A stretch of 64,000 nt of DNA. It comes from an uncultured bacterium. GTDB lineage: Bacteria; Omnitrophota; Omnitrophia; Omnitrophales; Aquincolibacteriaceae. The number at the start of each line of letters is the position of its first letter. Position 1 is the stretch's first letter. The position numbers were made by a program, and so were the translations under genes. The notes beneath the pieces were generated by a model. The model was not told the DNA's origin. It ran no database searches and was given only the letters and a program-made list of their open reading frames with translations. The DNA is taken from NCBI GenBank assembly GCA_964606385.1, contig CAZSFZ010000006.1, positions 45,943 through 109,942 of the forward strand, given 5' to 3'. Shown piece after piece: positions 1 through 7,294 of this stretch.

Positions 1-707
1 CGCTTGCCTCCGTTATGTACGGCATTGAGGAGCGCAAGGGGCTGATCCTCATCACCGGCGAGGTCGGGACGGGGAAGACCACTCTTTGCAAGACGATCCT
101 GGAGCGTCTGCCGCAATCGGTCCGCACCTCCTTCATCATGAGCCCGTATTTCAGCGACATTCAGCTTCTCCAGGCGATCGTGGAGGATTTCGGCCTTCAA
201 CCGGAAAAGAAGACGCGCTTGGACATCGTGAAGAAACTGGATTCCTTTCTGATCGACCTGAGCCTCAATAACGGGAATGCGGTCCTGATCATCGATGAAG
301 CGCAGAATCTGAAGGCTCGCCAGCTTGAGCAGATCCGGCTTCTCTCAAACCTTGAAACCAAGCACGGAAAACTTCTTCAGATCGTGATCGTGGGGCAGCC
401 CGAGCTCAAGGAACATCTCGAGCGGTTCGACCTGCGCCAGCTTTACCAGCGTTTTGTGATCAAATACGAGCTGAAGCCGCTGGAGTTTGCAGATGTGAAG
501 GCTTATGTGGATTTCCGCATGGAGCACACGGGTGTGACCGGGGTTTTTATCCCGCCCGAAAGCTACCGCATGATCTACGAATTCTCGAAAGGCATCCCGC
601 GTCTTGTGAACCTGCTTTGTGATCGCGCTCTCTTACTCGGATTCGTCCGGAAGGAAAAGGTCCTGGGGACGGATGTGTTCGTCGCCGCGATGGAAGAGAT
701 CCGATGA
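1..707 (+). CDS. ExeA/GspA-like AAA+ ATPase (5' partial)
   Basis: Walker A GEVGTGKTT and Walker B LIIDEAQ. Architecture matches ExeA/GspA-type secretion-associated ATPases. The ORF runs off the window start. Confidence 0.7.
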   Translation, partial: LASVMYGIEERKGLILITGEVGTGKTTLCKTILERLPQSVRTSFIMSPYFSDIQLLQAIVEDFGLQPEKKTRLDIVKKLDSFLIDLSLNNGNAVLIIDEAQNLKARQLEQIRLLSNLETKHGKLLQIVIVGQPELKEHLERFDLRQLYQRFVIKYELKPLEFADVKAYVDFRMEHTGVTGVFIPPESYRMIYEFSKGIPRLVNLLCDRALLLGFVRKEKVLGTDVFVAAMEEIR

Positions 708-1168
708 GTATCGTTTACGATTACCTGAAGCAGATCCAGGCCAAAAAACCCCTGGATAAAGGCGCTTCTCCCGCAAATGTGTCGACTTCGCCTAAACCGG
801 CTGTAGCCGCTTCCGGAAAAAAGAACTTCTTTTCTTCCCTTGGGTTCAAAATAGGCCTGACGGTGCTGGGGCTTGCGGTGCTGGGACTGATGCTGTACTT
901 TTTCCCTCCTCGGGCGCAGCCGGGTACTTCCGCGAATCAGGGCGCGCAGGGGCAGGTCAAGCCGAGGGCGGTTAAACCCGAGGTGACCGAGAGCGGGATG
1001 GTCCTGGAAGGGATCATCTACAATCCGTCCCGGCCTTTCGCGATCATCAACGGCAAAATGCTCGAGGTCGGTGGCCGCGTCGGCGAGTATGAAGCCGCTG
1101 AGATCGCTTCCGACTATGTGATCCTGAAGAACGTGAAGGATGGTACTTCCCGTACCATCCGGTTGTAG
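704..1168 (+). CDS. GspB/ExeB-like single-pass membrane protein
   Basis: ATGA overlap with the upstream ATPase gene. One TM helix (GLTVLGLAVLGLMLYFF), a Pro/Ala-rich linker and a conserved ~60-aa C-terminal domain, as in T2SS GspB partners of GspA. Confidence 0.45.
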   Translation: MSIVYDYLKQIQAKKPLDKGASPANVSTSPKPAVAASGKKNFFSSLGFKIGLTVLGLAVLGLMLYFFPPRAQPGTSANQGAQGQVKPRAVKPEVTESGMVLEGIIYNPSRPFAIINGKMLEVGGRVGEYEAAEIASDYVILKNVKDGTSRTIRL

Positions 1169-1311
1169 GTTTCTTTCTCCCGTTATTTTAATTCATTCCA
1201 TTTTTCGACGAAGGCAGTTGCGTTCTGCGGGCTGAAGGTTTAACATACGCTTCATATCGCAGACAGTTGTAAGGGTCTAGCGGGTCCTCCGCTAGAGGGA
1301 TTTATGATGGT

Positions 1312-1365
1312 CGGGCCGCCATCTGACGTTCAAACGTCAGGTTGCGGCCTTTTTGTTTTCAGGGC
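1312..1365 (+). terminator. Rho-independent terminator after the gspA/B-like pair
   Basis: GGGCCGCC..CTGACGTTCAAACGTCAG..GCGGCC nested stem followed by TTTTTGTTTT. Confidence 0.5.
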
Positions 1366-1387
1366 CCCCATGACAAAAGGAGGTATA

Positions 1388-1501
1388 ATGGACTGGATCT
1401 TGCGTGACGGGCCTGCTTATTTGGTGGTGGTGGCCATTGTTTCCTTTATCGTATATGTGGCCGTACGGTCGCGTAGGAACGATGGGGAAAAGAAGCCTTA
1501 G
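1388..1501 (+). CDS. small single-TM protein (38 aa)
   Basis: Strong RBS AAAGGAGGtataATG. Sequence MDWILRDGPAYLVVVAIVSFIVYVAV with a basic tail. No homology is claimed. Confidence 0.4.
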   Translation: MDWILRDGPAYLVVVAIVSFIVYVAVRSRRNDGEKKP

Positions 1502-1524
1502 TAGAAAGAATTTTTCATAAGGAG

Positions 1525-2430
1525 ATGGGATCCATGGAAGCAACCGGGTGGAAGTGGGATGATTTTGTTAGAACGGCGTGGGAGAGTAAGGCCTGGAAAC
1601 CTCTCATTATCCTGATCGTGTGCTGGGGGCTTTTTATCGGCCTTCAGTTCGCGTTGAAACGGTTTGAGAAATTTCTTTCCCGTAGAGACACGCTTCGCGA
1701 AGATGAAACGACTTTACGGCTCAAAACATTCCTGCATGTCCTTGAGTGGATCGGTTCGATCCTTATCGTGGGTACGGGGCTTTACATGCTTCTCCAGAGC
1801 TTTGGCATCGACGTCGCCCCGATCCTTGCGGGGGCCGGGATCGTCGGCTTAGCGCTGGGTTTTGGGGGACAGTACCTGATCCGGGACCTTATCAACGGGA
1901 TCTTCATCCTCTTTGAAGGGCAGTTCCGCGTCAATGACGTGGTCAAGATCGGGGACCTCAGCGGGCTTGTGGAGGCCATGAATTTGCGCGTCACCCAGCT
2001 GCGCGATCTGGAGGGGCGGGTCATTTATATCCCGAACGGGGAGATCAAGACGGTCATCAATTTCACCAAAGGATATTCCCATGCCCTCTTCGACATCGGG
2101 ATCGCCTACAAGGAAAAAGTGGATGATGTGATGAATGTCATGAAAGAGGTCGCGCGGGGCATGAGAAAGGATCCCTGCTTCGGAAAACTGATCCTGGAGG
2201 ATATGGAAATGCTCGGGGTGGACGCATTCTCGGATTCCGCCGTGATCATCAAGTGCCGCATGAAAACCCTGCCCATCAAGCAATGGGAAGTCGCCCGGGA
2301 ATACCGGCGCCGCCTGAAGAACCGCTTCGATGAGCTCAAGATCGAAATACCATTTCCTCACCGGACCCTCTATTGGGGTGAGAACCAGGCTGCGGGAATT
2401 CCGAAGGCCGAGAACGGGAGAAAAGTATGA
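1525..2430 (+). CDS. mscS: mechanosensitive channel, MscS family
   Basis: RBS AAGGAGatgggatccATG. Three N-terminal TM helices and a conserved MscS core (GxxGLALGFGGQ...VxIPNG). Confidence 0.85.
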   Translation: MGSMEATGWKWDDFVRTAWESKAWKPLIILIVCWGLFIGLQFALKRFEKFLSRRDTLREDETTLRLKTFLHVLEWIGSILIVGTGLYMLLQSFGIDVAPILAGAGIVGLALGFGGQYLIRDLINGIFILFEGQFRVNDVVKIGDLSGLVEAMNLRVTQLRDLEGRVIYIPNGEIKTVINFTKGYSHALFDIGIAYKEKVDDVMNVMKEVARGMRKDPCFGKLILEDMEMLGVDAFSDSAVIIKCRMKTLPIKQWEVAREYRRRLKNRFDELKIEIPFPHRTLYWGENQAAGIPKAENGRKV

Positions 2431-4652
2431 AAATTACGCTGCGGCTGATCCTTTCGCTTCTGATCGCGACAACGATCGTGGTCGTGAGCTTTTCCTATCT
2501 TCAGGCGCAGCACGAGGAAAAACGTCTGAATGAAGAGCTCCGGCTCCGCGCCACCGTGCTTGCCAAGACCTTCAAGGAAACGGTGGAAGCCTATCTGGAA
2601 CGCACGGACCAGCCGGATCGAATCCAGAAATTCATAGAAAAATTCAAGGGGCATACCCGTCTCATCGGCTTGGTCGTGGATATGAAAGAAGGCCCGCGGC
2701 TCGCGCTGCCACCGGAGTTGGCCCAGGAAGAATTGTTCAAGAAAGATTCCCTGAAAGTCATGGAGGAGAACGCCCCCGTGGACGTGAACCGGAAGTGGGG
2801 GGAAAGAAAAGTGAATTACCACGCCGTCCCGCTTCTCAAGGACGACCAGATCGTCGGCGCTTTGGGGTTGATCCATGACCGGAGTTTTATCGTGGCCCAA
2901 ATGCATCAGTTCTGGAAAAACTCCGCGCTGACTTTTTCTATTTTAGCGGCGATCCTTTCGATCGTATCGCTTTTCGTGATCCGATGGAGTGTGACGGGCC
3001 CTATCGCCCGCATTGGCCTGATGATCCAGAAAACTCTGGGGGTCGAGTCCGGGGTCGCCCCCGCGAACGGTAAGGAGCCGGGCGGGGACATCGAGAAGCT
3101 TCTCTACGGCGTCAGCCATATGGCGGCAAGTCTTAAAGCGACCAAGCTTGATTTGATGGAGCAGTCCAGGCTTGTGAACGCTGAAGGGACCGTCTGGACT
3201 AAGGAGAGGCTCAAGGATTATCTTCGGACCAAACTTCACGGAAAACAGCTCTATGTGATCTCGAACCGGGAACCCTACATCCACCAGAAAAAAGGGAATG
3301 AGATCGAGTGCATTACTCCCGCGAGCGGCGTCGTCACGGCCCTGGACCCTGTTTTGCAGGCGACAGGCGGTCTCTGGATCGGCCACGGGGCCGGGAACGC
3401 GGACCGCGAGACCGTGGACAAGCAGAACAAGGTTCGTGTTCCGCCCTGGAAACCTTCTTTCACGCTTAAACGCATCTGGTTGAGCGAGGAAGAGGAGAAG
3501 GGGTATTACTATGGCTTTTCAAACGAAGGGCTTTGGCCGCTTTGCCACATCAGCCATGTGAGGCCGGTTTTCAGGATCGAAGATTGGTATTGTTACAAGG
3601 AAGTGAACCGGAAGTTCGCGCGGGCGCTTCTCGAGGAGCTCGACGACGATCCCCCCTTGATCCTGATCCAGGATTATCATTTCGCGCTGCTCCCTAAAAT
3701 GATCAAGGAAGAAAGGCCGGACGCCAAGATCGCGCTTTTCTGGCATATTCCGTGGCCGAATGCCGAAGCCTTCGGGATCTGCCCCTGGCAGGAAGAGATC
3801 CTGGAGGGCATGCTCGGAAGCGATATCATCGGGTTCCACACCCAATTCCACTGCAATAATTTCCTGGATACCGTGGACCGGGCGCTGGAATGCAAGATCA
3901 ACTGGGCGAATTTTGAAGTGACGCGCGGGGGCAAATCAAGCGCCGTCAAACCGTTCCCGATCAGCATTTCGGGAGCTCCCAACGTGGCGGTCCAGGAAAC
4001 CGGAAAAGATCCGGTCGAAAAACTCAGGGAAAGCCTTGGCCTCAAAGGGAAGAAGATCGGGATCGGGGTGGACCGTATCGATTATACCAAGGGTCTTTTG
4101 GAGCGTTTCCGCGCGATCGAGCGCGTTCTTGAAAAGTATCCGAATCTTCAGGGGGAGCTTGTTTTTATCGAGCTGGGGGCGCCTTCCAGGACCCTGATCG
4201 GGAGTTACCGTGATCATCTGGCCGAAGTTGAAAAACTTGCCGAAAAGATCAACCTGCGCTTCCAGAAAGGTTCCTATCGGCCCATCCTTTTTTTAGAGGA
4301 ACATCATGATCAGAAGAAAATATTCGATTTCTACCAGATGGCGGATTTTTGTTTTGTCAGTTCGCTTCATGACGGGATGAATCTTGTGGCCAAAGAGTTC
4401 GTTTCGGCGCGCGAAGATGAGGAAGGGGTGCTGATCCTTAGCCGCTTTACGGGAGCAAGTTATGAATTTTCGAGCGCCCTTCTGATCAATCCTTACGATA
4501 TCGAAGGGACCGCCGAGGCGATCCATCAGGCGCTTACGATGCTCCCGGAGGAAAAAATGGAGCGGATGCGGAAGATGCGCCAGATCGTCCGGGAATATAA
4601 CGTCTACCGCTGGGCCGCGGATATGATCACCGGGCTCGTCAAATCCTTCTGA
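2427..4652 (+). CDS. otsA: trehalose-6-phosphate synthase (GT20, OtsA) with N-terminal 2-TM extracytoplasmic sensor and HAMP-like linker
   Basis: The C-terminal ~490 aa carry classic OtsA motifs (GFSNEGLWPLCH, LIQDYHFALLP, VDRIDYTKG). The N-terminal ~250 aa have a TM helix, a ~140-aa loop, a second TM helix and an amphipathic HAMP-like segment (RWSVTGPIARIGLMIQ). ATGA overlap with mscS. Confidence 0.85.
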   Translation: MKITLRLILSLLIATTIVVVSFSYLQAQHEEKRLNEELRLRATVLAKTFKETVEAYLERTDQPDRIQKFIEKFKGHTRLIGLVVDMKEGPRLALPPELAQEELFKKDSLKVMEENAPVDVNRKWGERKVNYHAVPLLKDDQIVGALGLIHDRSFIVAQMHQFWKNSALTFSILAAILSIVSLFVIRWSVTGPIARIGLMIQKTLGVESGVAPANGKEPGGDIEKLLYGVSHMAASLKATKLDLMEQSRLVNAEGTVWTKERLKDYLRTKLHGKQLYVISNREPYIHQKKGNEIECITPASGVVTALDPVLQATGGLWIGHGAGNADRETVDKQNKVRVPPWKPSFTLKRIWLSEEEEKGYYYGFSNEGLWPLCHISHVRPVFRIEDWYCYKEVNRKFARALLEELDDDPPLILIQDYHFALLPKMIKEERPDAKIALFWHIPWPNAEAFGICPWQEEILEGMLGSDIIGFHTQFHCNNFLDTVDRALECKINWANFEVTRGGKSSAVKPFPISISGAPNVAVQETGKDPVEKLRESLGLKGKKIGIGVDRIDYTKGLLERFRAIERVLEKYPNLQGELVFIELGAPSRTLIGSYRDHLAEVEKLAEKINLRFQKGSYRPILFLEEHHDQKKIFDFYQMADFCFVSSLHDGMNLVAKEFVSAREDEEGVLILSRFTGASYEFSSALLINPYDIEGTAEAIHQALTMLPEEKMERMRKMRQIVREYNVYRWAADMITGLVKSF

Positions 4653-4661
4653 GGCGGAAGA

Positions 4662-5465
4662 ATGCGCGCGTTAACGGAAAAAATCATTTCCCGGATCGCC
4701 GCGGTGCCCGCGCTGTTTCTCTTTCTGGATTATGACGGCACCCTGACGCCCATCGCGTCCGGTCCCAGCAAGGCTCGGTTAAGTTCCCGGGTACGGCGGA
4801 TCCTGAAGAAAATCGGATCCTTGAAAGATCTCCGGCTTGCGATCGTCAGCGGCAGGTCGCTGGCGAATTTGAAGCAATATGTCCGGATCCCGGGCCTGAT
4901 CTACGCGGGGAATCACGGTTTTGAGGCCGCGGGGCCGGGGCTGGCGTACGTGCATCCCGCGGCGGCGGCTTTGGAGCCTGTTTTCCGGAAATGCACACGT
5001 CGGCTTCGGAAGATCATGGCTCCGTTCCCGGGGATCCTGATCGAACACAAGCGGTTCAGCGTCAGCGTTCATTACCGTCAGGTCCGTTCGCCCGGGAGGG
5101 TCCGGGAGGCACGACGGCTTTTGATCAAGGAACTTCGGTCGCTCCGGCACACGCCGGTCGTGCTCGCGGCGGGCAAGAAAGTGTGGGAGATCCGCCCCAC
5201 GCGGGAGTGGCACAAAGGGGAGACGGTCGCCTGGCTTTTGCGGCGCGCCGGAAACTCCGGGCGGAAAAAGTTTTTCCCCGTTTATGTCGGGGATGACACA
5301 ACGGACGAAGATGCCTTTCGCGCCATACGCAAGGTCGGGATTGGTATCAAGGTCCATTCAGGCGGGGGCCGCCGTTCTTCGGCACGCTATTTTGTCCGGT
5401 CCACGGGAGATGCGGTGCGTTTTCTGGAAAAGATCATCCGTTTAAGAATAACAAAAGGGTGCTAA
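4662..5465 (+). CDS. otsB: trehalose-6-phosphate phosphatase (HAD)
   Basis: HAD motifs LFLDYDGTL, VSGRS, GNHGFE and VGDDTTDE. Confidence 0.85.
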   Translation: MRALTEKIISRIAAVPALFLFLDYDGTLTPIASGPSKARLSSRVRRILKKIGSLKDLRLAIVSGRSLANLKQYVRIPGLIYAGNHGFEAAGPGLAYVHPAAAALEPVFRKCTRRLRKIMAPFPGILIEHKRFSVSVHYRQVRSPGRVREARRLLIKELRSLRHTPVVLAAGKKVWEIRPTREWHKGETVAWLLRRAGNSGRKKFFPVYVGDDTTDEDAFRAIRKVGIGIKVHSGGGRRSSARYFVRSTGDAVRFLEKIIRLRITKGC

Positions 5466-7097
5466 ATGCCGGGCGATCCGCTTTGGTATAAAGACGCGAT
5501 CATTTACCAGCTGCACGTCAAATCGTTCTTTGACAGCAATGAGAACGGTTTTGGTGATTTTCCCGGCCTGACCCAAAAACTGGGCTACCTTCAGGACCTC
5601 GGGATCAACTGCATCTGGCTCATGCCGTTCTACCGCTCGCCGATGAAAGATGACGGCTACGATATCGCCCACTACGAAGAAGTGGCCCCCGAATACGGGA
5701 CCATGAAAGATTTCCAGGCCTTCGTGAAGGAGGCGCACAAGCTCGGGATCAAGGTGCTGATCGAGCTTGTGATGAATCATACCTCCGACCTGCATCCGTG
5801 GTTTGCCGAGGCCCGTCCTTCCCAAAGTTCGCCGAAACGGGATTTCTACGTCTGGAGCGATGATCCGGAGAAATACAAAGATGCCCGGATCATTTTCACC
5901 GATTCCGAAAAATCCAACTGGACCCATGATCCGGTGTCGGGCCAGTATTACTGGCACCGTTTTTTCAGCCACCAGCCGGATCTGAATTACGATAACCCTC
6001 AGGTCCAAAAGGCCATGCACGATGTGCTTTTTTTCTGGCTCAAAATGGGGGTCGACGGTTTCCGTCTGGACGCGGTCCCGTATCTTTTTGAACGTGACGG
6101 CACGAATTGCGAAAATCTTCCGGAGACGCACGCTTACCTCAAGGGGCTGCGGGCCCAGCTGGATAAGGCTTTTAAGGACAAGGTGCTTTTGGCCGAAGCG
6201 AATCAGTGGCCGGCCGACGTGCGGCCCTATTTCGGGCAGGGGGATGAATGTCATATGGCATTCCATTTCCCCTTGATGCCGCGGATCTTCATGGCGATCC
6301 GGAAAGAAGATAACGCGCCGATCCTTGAGATCATGAAGCAAACGCCTTCGATCCCGGAAAATTGCCAATGGGCCCTTTTCCTCCGCAATCACGATGAGCT
6401 GACGCTTGAGATGGTGACCCAGGAGGAACGCGATTACATGTACCGGGAGTACGCGGCGGACCCCAAAGCCCGCTTGAACCTGGGGATCCGGAGGCGGTTG
6501 GCGCCTCTCATGAATAACGGGCGGAGGCAGATGGAGCTTTTGAACAGCCTTCTTTTCAGTCTTCCGGGGACGCCCATCATCTATTACGGCGATGAGATCG
6601 GGATGGGGGACAACATCCACCTGGGGGACCGGAACGGCGTCAGGACCCCGATGCAATGGAACGGGAACAAAAATGCGGGTTTTTCGACCGTGGACCCCGA
6701 TAAACTTTACGCGCCTCTCATTATCGATCCTGTTTACGGCTACCAGGCGATCAACGTGGAAGCCCAAGGCATGACCCAATCCTCTTTTCTGAATTGGACG
6801 AAACGGATGATCCGGGTGCGCAAGAGCCTGAAAGCCTTTGGTCGCGGGACGATCGAGTTCCTTCATCATAAAAATCCGAAGATCCTGGCTTATATACGCG
6901 CCTATGGGGATGAAACGCTTTTGATCGTCAACAATCTATCCCGCTATGTTCAGCCGGTGGAACTCGATCTGAAAAACTATGACGGCTGGGAACCTTTGGA
7001 GCTTTGGGGGAACGTGAAGTTCCCAAAGATCGGGGAGCTTCCTTATTTCCTGACCCTCGGGCCGCACGGGTTCTATTGGTTCCGTCTTAACAAGTGA
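5466..7097 (+). CDS. treS: trehalose synthase / maltose alpha-D-glucosyltransferase (GH13)
   Basis: LWYKDAIIYQLHVKSFFDSNENGFGDF, VMNHTSD, GFRLDAV and YYGDEIGMGDN, all typical of TreS. Starts immediately after the otsB stop. Confidence 0.85.
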   Translation: MPGDPLWYKDAIIYQLHVKSFFDSNENGFGDFPGLTQKLGYLQDLGINCIWLMPFYRSPMKDDGYDIAHYEEVAPEYGTMKDFQAFVKEAHKLGIKVLIELVMNHTSDLHPWFAEARPSQSSPKRDFYVWSDDPEKYKDARIIFTDSEKSNWTHDPVSGQYYWHRFFSHQPDLNYDNPQVQKAMHDVLFFWLKMGVDGFRLDAVPYLFERDGTNCENLPETHAYLKGLRAQLDKAFKDKVLLAEANQWPADVRPYFGQGDECHMAFHFPLMPRIFMAIRKEDNAPILEIMKQTPSIPENCQWALFLRNHDELTLEMVTQEERDYMYREYAADPKARLNLGIRRRLAPLMNNGRRQMELLNSLLFSLPGTPIIYYGDEIGMGDNIHLGDRNGVRTPMQWNGNKNAGFSTVDPDKLYAPLIIDPVYGYQAINVEAQGMTQSSFLNWTKRMIRVRKSLKAFGRGTIEFLHHKNPKILAYIRAYGDETLLIVNNLSRYVQPVELDLKNYDGWEPLELWGNVKFPKIGELPYFLTLGPHGFYWFRLNK

Positions 7098-7104
7098 GCG
7101 GGTC

Positions 7105-7209
7105 ATGAGATTGTCCGGATGGATATTCATGATCGTCAGCTGGAGCGCGATCATCGCCCTGATCGTATTTTCCTATTCAAAAGTCCTCGCCAAGAAAAAA
7201 CCTCGCTAG
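7105..7209 (+). CDS. tiny hydrophobic peptide (34 aa)
   Basis: MRLSGWIFMIVSWSAIIALIVFSYSKVLAKKKPR: a single TM helix with a KKK tail, 8 nt after the treS stop. Not on the ORF track because it is short. Speculative. Confidence 0.25.
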   Translation: MRLSGWIFMIVSWSAIIALIVFSYSKVLAKKKPR

Positions 7210-7294
7210 CCTTTCCGCTTCCGCGTCTTGATTCGCGGAATGAGTTTTGTTAGTCTTTCCTGTAGCTGTCGTCCAAGCGGAGGTCTTGAGCTTA

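Noticed and set aside
5442-6869. Long antisense ORFs opposite well-supported genes, e.g. 5442-6869(-), 23924-24556(+), 24914-25960(+), 35684-36712(-), 45459-46472(-), 61230-62981(-)
   Set aside because: These are typical stop-codon-poor antisense frames in GC-rich DNA. The translations are Arg/Pro/His-rich with no domain signatures, while the sense strand has unambiguous conserved motifs.
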